A DNA stretch of 45,335 bases from NCBI GenBank assembly GCA_014905635.1, contig JABVCE010000048.1, positions 62,001 to 107,335 of the forward strand. The letters run 5' to 3'. Both the position numbers and the translations under genes were made by a program. Positions 12,271 through 27,929 of the stretch are shown one piece after another (position 1 is the first letter of the stretch; each line of letters begins with the position of its first letter). Below the pieces are notes generated by a model. It was given only the letters and a program-made list of their open reading frames with translations, searched no databases and was not told where the DNA came from. The DNA comes from Scenedesmus sp. PABB004 (Eukaryota).

Positions 12271-13443
12271 GCCCCGCGCCCTGGGCGGGTGGGGTTCACC
12301 AGCACCACAGGAGGGCAAATCGCTGATGGGAGGACAAGTACTATCACCATTGCACTGCAGTGCGCGCCGCGTGCGGTGGGCCAGCGGCGCTGCCTGGCTG
12401 CTCTGTTTGCACACAGCGTGGGGGCGTCTCCGGCCTCCCATTGCATTGTCTGGCACAGCGGTGGTGCGTCTGGTGGGAGGTGTCGGGGCGGAGAGCGCTG
12501 TGTCGGTTTGCTTGGCCGGAGCGCTGGGTTTGCTTTCCCGTGCGCGGCGCGGCGTCCCTTCCCTCCTGCAGCCGCCGCCAGCGCCCGAGGAGCCGTGCTT
12601 GACACACTTGGTGGGTGCGCATGCCTGCGGAGTAGCCAAGAAATGCAGCCGCTTGCCGAGGCGCGGCCGGGGCGGGTGGGTGGGACCGCACAGACAACAA
12701 CAGGCGACAACCTAGGCGCGTCGGCGGACTGGGGTGACCAGGTGTGGCGCGGGGTCGTTCGGTCGGTGCGTGGGGGCGTCGCAGCGCTTCACTTGCAGAA
12801 ACGGCGGGGCGCGCAGCGGCGGCTGTGTGCCGCCGCTGTCTTAGGCTGAGCGCTCCCCGCTGGGCGGGCGATTTTGCATGTTTTTCTGCATGAACGGTGT
12901 TTGGGTCATCGTCGTCGCGTCGTCGTCGTCCGTCGTCGTCGTCGTGTCGTCAATGGCGAGTGGCCGCGCGCACGCGGGCGCGCGCGGCGGCGCCCCTGCT
13001 GCCCCCGCGCTTGCGGAGCTCAGAAACTCCAGTCGGGGCATCATCGGGGGCGAGCGTGCTGTGCAGCTGAGCAGCCGCGCGATCAGGCACGCGCCCGGGA
13101 GCGGCGCCAACTGGGGAAGTGCGCAGCGTGAGCACGACCGGGGCACCAAAGCCGCGCCGCAGCTCTGGGGCTGGCCTGGCGTGTGGGCGCGGGAGCGTCG
13201 GGGGTGGGGCAGCAGCGCTCGAGCGTGCGTGCCGGCGCGGCCGCCGCGTGGTGCGGGCTGACCATGGTATTGCTGGGCGGGCCTGCTACTTTGGTTGCGA
13301 GGGCGGCGGGGGGCTCCGTCTGTCTGTGCGGCGTCGTCGCGTGCTGCTGCTGCTGCCCTAATGCGAACGCGCTCAAGCAGCAGCAGCAGAGTAACAACAG
13401 CGCGGTGCCCGCCGCACTGCCGTCGCGCGTCACGCCGCGTGAC

Positions 13444-15673
13444 TCACGCGCCGCCGCCGAGCTCGCGCTTGCGCCCGTGCAGCGCCTGCACCTCGTTCAG
13501 CCACTCGCCGCAGCTCTTGCCCGCGACTGCGGCGGCGGCCAGGGGCGGCGGGCGGTCGGGCGGCGGCGGCGCAGCCCGCGCGCGGCAGTTGTCGCGGCGG
13601 GCGCACTCACACTTGAGCTGCGGCAGCAGGCGCTGCGCGGGCATCTCCCAAAAGTGCGCGATGTCGGCCGCCACCTCGGCGCGCGCGTGCGCGCGCGCCG
13701 CCTGCCCCGCCTCCAGCTGCGCCTGGAGCCAGGGCAGCACCGTCTGCTGGTCGCGCGCGCGCAGGGCGCCGACCTGCGCGCGGCGCGCGCCGCGGCACAG
13801 GGCAGCCGCGTGAGGGGCAGCCCCGCGCGCACTGCACGCGCCCGCCGCCGCCGCCGCCCACGCGCACGCCGCACCTGCTCCTCCAGGCGCGCGGCCGCCT
13901 CCGCCGCAGCGGCGCCGCTGGCCGCGGCGTCGCCCGACAGCGCGCCCAGCCGCTCCAGCTGCGCCTGCAGCTGCCGCAGCTGCTGGCACTCGTCTGCGCG
14001 CGCGCGCGTGGGCGGCGGGGCGGGCGTCCGCGAGCGGCGGCGCCACGGACGCCGCGGCAGCGGGGCCGCGCCTGCCGCGCCGCGCTCGCCGCGCCGCGCG
14101 CCCACCTGCCACCTCCAGCAGCAGCGCGGCGGGGCAGCGCACGGGCGCGGCCGCGTCCACTGCGGCGGCGGCGCGCAGCGCGGCCACCGCGGCGCCGTCG
14201 ACGGGCTCCGCCGCGGCGCCGCCGTCGGCGTGCAGCCCCGCCCCGGCGGCGCCGCCGTGCTCGCCCGCCGCCGCGACGAGCGGCTTGCGCACGGTGGTGG
14301 GCCGCCCAGCCTGCGGCACGCGCTGCGCGGCCAGGTGCAGCCGGGCGAGCGTGGTCGCGGGGCCAGCGGGCCCGCCGCCGCCCGCGTCGTCGCCGCCCGC
14401 GGCGAGCCGCCGCGGCGGCGCGAGCGCCGCCACCGGCAGGCGCGCCACGACGCCCGCCTCGCGCGCGAGCTCGTCCCGCCCCGCCGCCGCCGCGGCCGCC
14501 GCCGCGCCGCCCGCGGGCGCGAGCTGCGCGCGCAGCAGGTCCAGCACGCCGTCCTGCTGGCCGCACAGGGCGGCGAAGAGGGACATGTTGTGTGATGCGA
14601 CGCCCCACAGCAGGCGGTTGAGCGCCTGGTCGGTCGCGACCGCGGCCTCGATGCGCGCCCACTTCTCCTGCAGCTGCGCCTCGGCCTGCAGGCACGCGTC
14701 CACGTCGGCCTCAAACTCGCGCTTGCGCTGCTCCAGCACGCCGAGCTCGCCGCGCAGCCCCTGCGCGCGCAGCCACAGCCCCGCGAGCTCCGCCTCCCAG
14801 CCGGCGCCGCCGGCGCCGCCGGCCGCGAGCTGCTGCTGCAGCACCGGCGTGGAGCCGAGCAGGCGCGTGAGGTCGGCGTCGGCCGCCGCCGCCGCCGCCG
14901 CCGCGGCGCGGGCCTGGACGTAGAGCTGGACGTGCATCTGCTGCCGCGCGCGCACGAGCAGCTCCGGCGGCTGGAAGCCGGAGCCGCCCTGGTCGCGGCC
15001 GCCAGCCCGGGCGTCGGGCGTGCCGCCCCGGGGCGCCGTCGTCCAGGGCAGGGAAAAGGGGCACGCCGCCGCCGCCGCGTCGCCGCCCGCCCTGGCGCCG
15101 GCGGGGTCGTCCCCGCCGGCGCCCCAGCCCAGCGGCGCCAGCAGCGCGCCCTCCGCCTCGTCCAGCACCGTGGCGAGCTCCGCGCCCGCCTGCGCCGCGA
15201 GCTCGCCCGCGCACGCGAGCAGCGCCTCGGGCGGCTCCTGCAGCAGCACCAGCGCCGCGCTGCGCAGCGCCTCCGAGGGGGCGTAGCCAGACAGGGGGCT
15301 GCAGCGCGCGTGCGGCTCCCCGCCCGGTGCCGCCGGCAGCGCGAGCTCCTCCCAGCTGCGACCGCTGCCGTCCTTGCCCGGCGCCGCCGCGGCCGCCTGG
15401 TCCGCGGGCACGGCGCGGGGCGGCGCGTCGCCCGCCGGCGCCGCGCCCAGGCCGCCCAGCGTCTGCGTCGCCAGCTTGCCCTCCAGGGCTGCTATGAGCT
15501 CGCCCCTGATGCCCGCGCTGACCGCCTGCAGCTGCTGCAGCGTGGCCTGCAGCCGCCGACCGCCGCCTGCGTGCGCGCGTGCGCGCGGGCGGCAGCAGTG
15601 CAGAGGGCGGCGTGTGAAGCGTAAAACGGCGGCGCGGGTGCGGCATTGCTGTCGCGGCGGCGCCGTGGCGCCC

Positions 15674-15709
<36 letters not shown>

Positions 15710-16316
15710 ACCTGGCGCGCTGCAGCGCGCGGTGGCGAGCTCAGCGACCGACTGCAGCTTGGCGAGCCGCGCGCGCAGCTGAGGCAGCAGCTCGCGCACG
15801 CGGCGGCTCGCCGCGCGCAGCACCAGCGCCTGCATCTGCGCGTCCGCCAGCTCCTGCCGTGCCAGGCGCGCCTCGCCGTGCTGCTCCGCGGCGTCGTGCA
15901 CGCTGCCCTCGACCGCCGCCTGCGGGCGGGGCGCGCGCGTTGTTGAGCCAGCCGCCGCAACGCGCGCACCCCCCAGCGCCACCTGGCCGGCGCGCCGCGC
16001 ATCGTGCGCCACACACCTGGAAGGAGGCCAGCGTGCGCTGCAGCGCGGCGGCCTGGCCCTCGAGCGCCGCGAGCGCCGCGCGCTGCTCCGCCGCCTGGCG
16101 GCGCCGCTCCGGCGCGGCCGCCGCAGCGGCCGCCTCGCGCCGGTGCTTGGCCAGCACCGCCTGCACGTGGCGCGCGGCCTCGGGGGTCTTGTAGTTGGCC
16201 AGCAGGAACTCCCAGAGGCCCTTCAGGTTGCCGCGGCAGTTGGCGGCCAGCGTGGCGTCCGCGGCGGCATTGTAGCCGAGCTGCGTGTGCAGCCAGCGCG
16301 CCACCTCGCGCTCCAT
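13444..16316 (-). CDS. HAUS5: HAUS augmin-like complex subunit 5 (AUG5)
   Basis: N-terminus WLHTQLGY...CRGNLKGLWEFLL and C-terminus FWEMPAQRLLPQLK|FAGKSCGEW match the plant AUG5 pattern; coiled-coil body; five GT-AG introns; stop 13444-13446. Confidence 0.8.
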
Positions 16317-17656
16317 GGCGCCGGGGCGGCGTGCGGGGCGCGCAGCGGCGGCGGCAGAGGCCGGGCAGCGGTCGCGGTCGGTGCAGCGGCGCCTGGTGTG
16401 GGCGGATGCGCGCGCGGGCAGGCCCCGATCAGCGGGCACGCGCGGGCGGGGCGGGTGGGATCGTCGCTGTGGGGCTCGGCGCCGCCGCGACAGCTGACAA
16501 CTTGAACTCGCCGCCGCTTGAACCTCGCGGGCCGCTCCTCGACGCACGTTTCGCTGCTTACCTTGGGCACTGAGCGACCCCACGATGCCCGCAGGATCAG
16601 GATCCAGCACGGCGCCACTCTCGCGCCTCCGCCAGCGCCCGCTCCGCCGCCACGGCCGCCCGAGGGCCGCGTCGCGCCGCGCCGCGCGGCTGCAACAGCC
16701 TGCAGGCTGTTGCCTCAACAACTCTCCGGTGCTACAAGCATCCCTGCGCCGAGCCGCCAGCCGCCCCCGAACGCCCAGGGCGCGCGCGCGCACACGTCGC
16801 GCGGCACGCCGCTGCAATGCCTGCCCAGTCCTGCCTGCTGGCCGCGCCCTCACGCCGCGCCGCTCGCATGCAGCCGCAAGAATCAAGTCCAAGGAAGGCG
16901 CCGCCCCGAACAATGTGCGCGCGGGCCGCCGAGAGCACGCGCGCGAGCCGGGAACGTGGTGGTGCGCGGGCGCTGGCGGCGGCGGCCGCGCCGTCGCCAC
17001 TGGCCGCCAGCCCTCTCCAGCCGCCGACCGGGGCCCAGGCTGCTGGGCCGCCGACAGGTCATCGCCCGCCCGCGTGCGCCTGCTTGCGCAGCAGGCGCGC
17101 GGCGCTTGTGCAGCGCCGCACCCGCCCGCGGGGGTGCAAGGCATGATTGATGTGTGAGCGTGTGTATGCGTGTGCGCGCGCGCGTGCGCGTGCGTGTGCA
17201 TGGTGTCCGCCTCCTGCCAGCCCCGCACCCCCCTGCCCCGCGCGCCGCCGGCCCTGCGGCCGGCCGCCGCGCGCAGCCAGCCCAGCACACCCCACCGCCG
17301 CGCGAGTCTGCTCTGGTCAAGCTACCGGCGAGGCCCCTCTGGTCTATGGCAGCGCTCAAAAGCGCGCGCGCGGCCGGGCCCCTGTGCAGGCGGGCGGGGC
17401 GCCGGCGCGTGCGGCGGCGCCGGCGCCACGCAGGCGCGGCGCGGGCGCCGGCCGGCATGAAATGCTACAACAACAGGGACCGTCCCAGGCAGCGAGCGGC
17501 GTGGACCGCGGCCCGGCACTCCGTGGCGATGTACAGGCGCCGGCCGGCGAGGCGAGCCCCGCGCGTGCCGCGCGCCACCGCTGCAGCCGCACGGGCGGCG
17601 CCCCTTGGCCCTCCCTCGCTGGCGAGCCGCCAGCCGCGCGCGGGCGGCGTGGGCCG

Positions 17657-20302
<2,646 letters not shown>

Positions 20303-21480
20303 GCTGCGGGGGCCGCTGCCGAGCTGCCGCCGGCTCGCGCGGCGCCGGAGTCAACGCCGGCGCGCCTGGGTCGCCGGGGCGCGCGGGCTCAGCGCGGGCG
20401 CGGAAGCGCCGGGACAGCGCTGCTGCGTCCGCGGGGCGTGTGCCCGCGTGCCAGCGCTCGCCCTGGCGCCCGGGCCGGCCCTGGCGCAGCAGCTGCTGCG
20501 CCCCCGCGCGCGCGCCGCACCTGCGCGCCCGACACGTTCGCCAGCGCGCTGCTACGACCGCGTCTAGCGTTGCGTCGCGGGCTGGCGGGCGCGCGGCGCT
20601 GCGAGGGACGACCGCGGGGCGCGGACCAGCTGCGCCGTCCTGGGGCGTGCTCGCGGGCTGCAGCAGACCGGGCGTGGGAGCTGCCGTGAGCTGCGGGAGT
20701 GCGGGGGCGCCCAGCGCGCTGGCTGCAGCGAGCCAGAAATGCCGGCCCGCGGGGGTCCCAGAGCAGCACGCGGCGAGTTTGCTCGACTGCGAGCGAAACC
20801 CGGCGCGGAGCTGTACAAGCTACCGTGGGACTGGGCGGGAGCGAATGGCTGGCGCGCCAAGGGCGGCGGAGTGGCGGGCGGCCGCGGCAGTAAGTACTGG
20901 GCGGGCCGCGGGGCCGGGCGCGCGCGCTGCCCTCCCCGCGCTCCCCGCCGCCGCGCGTGCAGCTCCGTCGTGAGCCTGGAGACTGGGGGACGTGCTGCAC
21001 GGCTGGCGCGCCGGGCGGGCCTGGCGAGCAGCCAGCGCTGGCTGGGCGAGTGCGCCGCCGCGTCGCCGGTGGGCGCATTCGTTTGCCAGCAGCAGTCAGC
21101 ATCATCGTCAGCAGCAGCAGCACGCGCTCGCCCTGCACCCGCCAGAGTCGGGCTATGTACACAGACCGGTCACCCCTCCCGTGCGCCCCGGGTCGATGCG
21201 TTCGTGTCGTGCGTGTGCGGGCGCGCCCCTCCCACCCAGCCTCCACCCAGCCGCCAAGTGAATGTGTGCATTCATTCAGCGCAGCAAGCGCTTGTGCAAC
21301 ATGGTGCACGAGCGCCGCGCGCCCGTGCGCGCGCGCGCGGCGCGGCCGCCACAGGGCCAGCCGCGCGCCGCGCGCCGCGCCCCGCCCTCCTGCGCCGCAG
21401 TCCCCGCTGCCGCGCGCGCGCCGCGCCGCGCGCGCCGCCGTACGGCCAGCCGCAGGCGCAGCCCCGGCCCGGCCCCCCGC

Positions 21481-24400
21481 TCAGCCGTCGACGTACTGGT
21501 CAACCTGCGGGGCGGCGCGCGCGCCGCGCCGGCGGCGGCGGTGGCGGCAGGGCTCTCAGCACGCACGAGCGAGCGGCCGCGGGGCCGCGGCGGGCGCGCC
21601 CTGGCCTCTCAGCGCGCGCGCGCGCACGTAAGTGTTGTGCCAGGTGAGCTTGAGCTCGATCGTGCCGCTCTCAGCGTTCTGCAGCGCCCAGGTGTCCTTG
21701 AGCTGCCCGTTGCGCGCCACGTCTGCGACGGGGATCTGGACCTTGCCCAGCGCGGCGTCCTGGAAGCGGGCCTGCGGGAAGCGGTCGCGGGCCGAGGGTC
21801 GAGGCGGGCGGGGGCGGAGCGACGGTGCGCGCGCGGCGGCGGGGCGCGCGTCAGCAGCGGCGGCGGGGGCAGCGCGGGGGCGCGGGCCCGCGCCGGGGGC
21901 GCGGCGGCGGCACGGCAGCCGCTGCCGCTACCGCCGCCGCCGCGTCCTGCCGGCGCGCACCTTGGAGAGCTTGAGGCTCGCCACCGCGTCCACGAGCGTG
22001 ACCTGGCGAGGGCGGCGCGGGCGCGCGGCGCGGCGCGGCGCGGTAGGTCGGCCGGCGCCGCGGGCGCAGCCGCCGCGGCGCGCCGGCCCGCCCCGCGGCC
22101 GAACGACGCGACCAGCTGTTTGTGGTTGACGTGGGGTCGGGCGCGCCGGTGTGCCGGGCGGCCTAAAAGCACACCAACCACAAACACTTGGTGTTCGAGC
22201 CCCGCCAACCAAGCATCAACGCCCGGCGCAGCAAAACATCAACACCCATCAACATCAACACAACATCAACACAACATCAAAACAATATCAAAACAACATC
22301 AATACAACATCAATACAACGCAAGGCCCCGAGGCGCGCCTTGTTCATGACGTTGAGCGTGAGCATCGAGCCGGCGGAGACCATGACAAAATCGAACGTCT
22401 CGCACCACCGCGGCGTGGGGTCGTTGCGCTTCACGCTCGTCTTTTGCGTCTCGCTCGGCCTGCGGCCGCGGCGGCGGGCGCGGCGCGAGAGGGCGCGCGG
22501 CCGCGGTCGGCGGCGCAACGCGGCGACGCGCGGCCGCGGGCTTCGCCTCGCCGGGCGCGCCGCGCAGCACCGCAGCCCCGCGCGTCGCGCCCCGCGCGCC
22601 GGTGCGCACCGCGTGCGGTCGCAGTCGACCAGGATCATCTCGACGTAGGGGTCGGGGTTTAGCAGCGCGCCCGCGACGCCGCCGGGGCTGCCGAGCGCGC
22701 TCGCCTTGATCACCGTCACGCACAGCACGCCGCGCTGGAAGTCGTTCACGTTGCTCGCGATCTCGCGCGCCGGCGCGGGGTCAAACGGAATGAACGCCGC
22801 CAGGCCTGCGCGCGGCGACGCGACGACGACGCGGCGGCGCGGCGGCGGCGGCGGCGGCGTGGGGCCGGCGCGGCGGCGGCGCGCCGGCGCGGCAGCATGC
22901 AGCCCCGCGCCGGACGAGCGGCGCGCAGGGGCCGCGGCGGACGGCGCCGGCGGCGGCGTGCGCGCGCGGGTGCCCCCGGCAGGGCTACCACTTGCAACAC
23001 GCCACCGCCGGCGGCCCCCGCCGCGCCCGCCGGCGCCAGCCGCGCCGCCTCCCCTGCCTGCACCCGCCACTGCTCCCCCGCCTGCCTCCCCTGCCTCCCC
23101 TGCCTCCCCTGCTGCTTGCCCTGCCTCCCCTGCTGCCTGCCGCCGCCCGGCTGCCGGCGGCACCGCCGCCCCGCCGCCTGCCGCGGCCCCCGCTGGCGTC
23201 ACATGTGTGCACGCACCGGTCTTGACAGGCTTCATCTCTATGTCGTCGTCAAAGCGCGGCGCGTCCAGCGGCATGTAGCGCAGCGTCAGGTACATCGTGC
23301 CAACAGGCTGGGGAGCGGGCGGCGATTGTGGAGCGGTGTGGAGAGGCGCAGCGGCGTGGGCGGCGGGCGCCGGCCGGCCGGCGGCGGGGCGGGGCGCGAC
23401 GGGCGCGCGCAGAGGGGCGCGGGCAGCGCGCGCCCCCAGGCTCCCGCCGCCGCCGCCCGGCAGGCCCCCGCCCTCCCCGGGCGCCCAGCCCAGCCCAGCG
23501 CCGCACCTTGGCGCCGGGCACGGGGTCCTTGCCGTTGCCCCGCAGCTTGACCTTCTCCTCCACCAGCACGGGCGCCAAGTCCGCCGCGGTGGCAGCCTGC
23601 GCGGCACAGGGGCGCACACGCGCGTGAGCGCGGGCGCGACGCCGGGTGCTTCGTCGCGCCGCGCCCCGACCAGGCGCTGCGCCGCGCGCCGGTGCCGCGC
23701 GCGCCGCACCTCCTCCGCCGCCTTCTTGGCGGCGGCCTCCGCCTCGCGCTGCTCCTTGGTCAGGGCCTTGACGCGCTTGGCCTCCGCCGCGGCGGCGGCC
23801 TTCTTCTCGTCGGCCAGGCGCTTCACCTCGGCCCACAGCGCCTTCTCGTCGTCCTCCGTCCACTCAACGCCCAGGTCAAACGCGCGCGCCGCCGCCGCGT
23901 CGGCGGCGCACACCGCGTTGGCGCTGCCCACGCTCGCGCTCGCGGCGGCGGCGTTGGCCGCCTTGGCCGCCGCCGCGGCCGCCTCGACGGCGGCCCTCTT
24001 CTCCGCCTCCTCCCGCACCACCTTGGCCGGCTTAGCCACCTGCGGGCGCGCACGCGGCGCGGCCGGCACGCGGCGCGCGTCGCAGCCGGTGCCAGCGGCG
24101 CACGCGCAGCGCGGGCGGCGCCGCGCTGCCGCCCGTGCGGGGCACGGCCCGCCGCGCCGCCCGCCGTGCCCCGCCGCCCCCCTCCCCCCCTGGCGGCGCG
24201 CGCCTTGATGGTGACCACGCTCGGGTCCGCCGCCTCCTCGCCGCCGACGCCGCCGACGACCATGCTCGCCACGCTCGTCGCCGTCTTGGCGGCGCCCTTG
24301 GCCGCGCCGACCGCCACGCCGACCGTCGCCTTGCTGACCATCTTGAGCAGCCCGCCGCCCGCGACCTGCAGCGGCAGCGCCAGCTTGGCCTCGCTCATCG

Positions 24401-27400
24401 GAGACTTAATCCAGTCGGCCTCCTCGTACACGAGCTGAGCGCAGCAAGGGGCGGCACCACGCGGCGGCGGCACGCAGGGCGGCGGCGCGGCACGTCGGCG
24501 GCGCGGGGAGAGAGGCGCGGGGGGAGCGCCGCGGGGCTCGCAGCCCCGCCCCGCCGCCGCCGCGCCGGCGCCGGCGCCGCATGGGGCGCAGCGCAGCGTG
24601 CTGCGGCGCGGCGCGGCGCGGCGCGGCGCGGCGCGCGCCTTCTGGCCGGTCGCCGCGTCGCCCTGGATGCTCTCTGTTGTGAAGAACACCTCCGCCGTGC
24701 CCAGCAAGTCGTCGGTGGGGCAGAGGCGGTCGTAGTCATACACCTGGCGGCAGGGAGGGGCAGGGAGCGGAGGGGAAGGGGGCAGGGGTAGAGGTCGGCG
24801 CGCGCGCAGGGGCGGGGGCGCGCGCGGCCCCCACGCCGGCACGCCCTGGACGCCGCCGCCGCCGCCTCGCCGCCGCCTCGGCGCCGCCCTGCCGCCGTCC
24901 CAGTGCCGCGCCGCAGCGCGCGCCTTGATGCTGAGATTCTGTCCCACCAGGTCGTCCACGAGTAGGAAGAACTCCTCGTTGTAGGTGGGGTTGTTGCTGC
25001 TCTTGACCGTCTTGCTGCGCTGCTGCCGGCCCTCGCGGATCTGCGGGCGCGGCGGCGGCGGCGGGTTATGGCACGCGCGCGCGGGCGGGGGGTTGGCGCC
25101 GCCCGCACGGCCCTGAGCGCCCCCGAGCCCCCTCTGAGCCTCTGAGGTTTAGGGAGCTGCCTGCGCCCTGGCGCACCTCGAACACCACGTAGGGGTCGCC
25201 CTTGGTGAGAAAGTCGGTCGTCTTCAGGTTCTCAATGCGCTGCGCGCCGGCGCGCGGGCGCGGTCAGGCGCGGTCAGGCGTGGCCGGCGCGGTCAGGCGC
25301 GGTCAGGCGTGGGCGGCGCGGGCGGTGCGGCGCGGGCGCGGGCGCGGCGGCCCCGGCCAGGCGCCCGCCCCGGAGCGTGAGCCGCGCGCGCGGGGGCGCG
25401 CACCTGCAGCGTGACGTGCACCATGCCCTTGGGCGGCGGCGGCACGCCGTAGTTGGTCATGAGCGGCACGGAGACGCTGTTGGGGTAGAGCATGACCTGC
25501 TTCATCACGTACTGAGGAGAGAGAGAGAGAGAGAGAGAGGGTGCGCGTGTGCATGCGTGTGAGTGCGCGTGAGTTCGTGTGGGTGTGAGTGTGTGTGAGT
25601 GTGGCGTGGAGGGTCGAGGTGACGGCGGCGGCGGCCGTGCGCGCGCGCGCGCGCTCTGCGTGCACGCGTTTGTGCACGCGCGCTGTGTGTGCTGCGGGTG
25701 TGCGGCGCGGCGGCGGTGGCGCGCGCGGCCGACGCACCCCGATGATGAACTTGGTCGCCTCCTTGATGCCCGGCAGGGCCATGAGGTCGGGGCCGTTGAA
25801 GAGGCGCAGCACAAAGTCGACGTGCGGCACGCTCAGCAGGGACACGGTCGCGCCGCCGATGCAGGGCACGGTGTCGACCATGTCGAGCGTGATGCGGCTG
25901 ACCGCCTTGAACGTCACGTGGCTCACGCTCACTGGGACAACCAGCCGCACAGGGCCGAGGCGGAGGTACACCTGGACGTCGACCTTGTGTTGTTGTTGTT
26001 TTGGGGGGGGGGGGGGGGGTGGAGGAGGAGCGCGGAGAGGGCGGAGAGGAGGGCGGGCGGCGGCGTGGCGGGCCGTGGGCGCGCCGCGCCTCCCCTCGCG
26101 CGCGGCGCGCGGCGCGCGGCGCGCGGCGTGCCCCGCGCGCGCGCGGCGGCTGTGCGGCGGCGCGCGCGGCGTGCCCGGCGGCGGCGCGGCGGCGCGCACC
26201 ACCATGTTGCTGCCCCATATCGCGGGCGTCTCTATGATGCACGAGTCGTCGTTGGTGTGGTAGACCTTCATGCCAGCCACGCGCACGGGGTGGTTGCCGA
26301 GCGTAAAGTACTTCTCTGCGGCGCGTGCGGGGCGGGGGGGGGGGGGAGGCGCGTCCGCGGGCGTGGGCAGGGTTTTGTGCTCGCGTGCGTGGGCGTGCGG
26401 GCGCGGGGATCGGTGGGCGCGGGGGCTGGGTGGGCGCAGGCCGGGGCGGAGGTGCGGGCGGGCAGGGCGCGGCGGCGACGCCAGCCGAGGCAGCCAAGCC
26501 AGCAGGCTGGCTAGCCCCCTCCCCCCTCCCTAGTCGCCCGGTCGCAGCAGGCCTAGTTCACGACACACGGCCAGCCTTGACCCGGCGATCAGGGAGGCAG
26601 GCGGCGCGCCAGGGCAGCCAGGCGGCGCAGGCGGAGGGCGGCCAGCCGCGCCGGCCCGGCCGCGACCGCGCAGCCCGCCGGGCGGCGGGCGGCCAGGCGG
26701 CCAGGCGGCGCACCCGTGATGTGGGGGTCGAGGTGCTCCGCGTCCATCAGGCTGTACGGCCCCAGCGTGATGTCGTCCAGGATGCCCAGCACGCCCGGGA
26801 TCTGACCGCACCGCAGCGGCGGCGGCGGCGGCGTGAGCCGCAGCGCTCGCTGCTGCCGGCGCCGCCCGGCTGCAGCGGCTGCTCCGCTGCGGCCACCGCC
26901 GCCACTGGCCGCCGCGCCCGCCGGCGCCGCTCCCGCCGCCCGCGCCGCCACCCGCCGCCCGCCGGCGACAGCTCACCCCGTTGAGGATGTTTTGGATGAT
27001 AGGCTTGACCGTCACGATTACCTGCTTCAGTATGGCCGTGGTGAGCTTGGGCCACATGAGCCTGATGAGGCGGTTGATCATCACCCACTGCGCCGGCGGC
27101 ACCCCGGCGGGCGCGGCGGCGGGCTCGGCGGCGGCGGCATCTCGCGGGCGCTGCTGCGTGCGGCGGCGCCCCGCCCGCCGGCGCTGCGCCGCCGCTGCCC
27201 CGCGCGGTGGCGGCGGCGGCGGCGCACCCGGTCGTAGTCGGGCCAGGTGGTCCACTCGGGCGTGAGGGGGACGATGTTGCGCATCTCGTCGGTCACGTTG
27301 GCGGCCGCGGGCGTGCGGATGTTGTCGTTGCGGTCCGCCGCCTCCACGATGAAGCCGTAGTCCTTTGGCCGGTCGCCCGAGAACACCACCGACCCCACCT

Positions 27401-27546
27401 GGGCCGGCGCGGGCGCGCGTGGGCGGGGGCGGCCCTGGCGCGCGGGCGCGGCGGGGGCGCGCGGCGGCAGCAGCGGCGCCGGCGCGCCGCACCCCCACGC
27501 CGGCCAGGGCCCCCAGGCCCGCGCCGATGATGGGCCCGAACACCAT
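21481..27546 (-). CDS. Synaptotagmin / extended-synaptotagmin-like protein (N-terminal membrane anchor, SMP domain, multiple C2 domains)
   Basis: MVFGPIIGAGLGALAGVG; PEWTTWPDYDR|QWVMINRLIRLMWPKL (SMP start); DLMALPGI; GDPYVVFE; VYDYDRL; NPDPYVEM...KTSVKRNDPTPRWCETFDF; final micro-exon 21481-21504. About 18 introns. Confidence 0.9.
22236..22322. repeat. A/C-rich imperfect microsatellite (CAACAT/CAACAC-type) in synaptotagmin intron 22003-22338
   Basis: Repeated aacatcaac/aacaacatcaa units; a low-GC island in the window. Confidence 0.85.
23045..23140. repeat. 9-bp tandem repeat (CTGCCTCCC-like) in synaptotagmin intron 22806-23216
   Basis: Visible cctgcctcc/cctgctgcc units. Confidence 0.75.
26507..26621 (-). 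ncRNA. Intronic hairpin, candidate pre-miRNA
   Basis: Inverted arms 26525-26543 and 26579-26597, plus inner and outer helices. Structure only; no expression evidence. Confidence 0.35.
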
Positions 27547-27929
27547 GGCGCCTCGATCCCGCCGGCCGCGCGCCCACGTAGAGGGCTGTGCGCGCCGAGG
27601 GGCGGGGCGAGCCCGAGCGAGGGCTGTTGCCGCGCGCGGCGCCGGCCGACGAGGGCGCGGTGGCCGCACTGGACCGCACAGACGCCGGACTGGTGGGCAC
27701 ACGCGCGGGCGCGGCGATGGGGGCGACCGGGGCGCGGTGCTGCACCCCGATGCACTGTCAGGGCACATGCGATGTTGTTGACACATCCTGCGGCCCCGCA
27801 CCGCCTCCCTCGCGCTGCCAGGGCTCGTCCAGGCACGATCGAAGCCCGCTGGGCAGGCGTGGAGCAGCCTGGGCGCGGCAGCGCCGTCCGCATCATCGCA
27901 TCAGCGCTGCCCGCGCCGACGCGTGCGCC

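Noticed and set aside
12271..13443. ORFs between the qRRM and HAUS5 genes (e.g. 13083-13433 with a signal-peptide-like start)
   Set aside because: Region between convergent stops with lower GC and no recognisable domain; best read as 3'UTRs.
16317..17656. Possible hidden gene, and the CTTGAAC pair (16501, 16517) as a cell-cycle element upstream of HAUS5
   Set aside because: No coherent exon chain or domain; the motif is too short to support a call.
22975..23005. tRNA A-box-like GGCGTGTTGCAAGTGGTAGC (minus strand) in an intron
   Set aside because: No B-box or cloverleaf follows.
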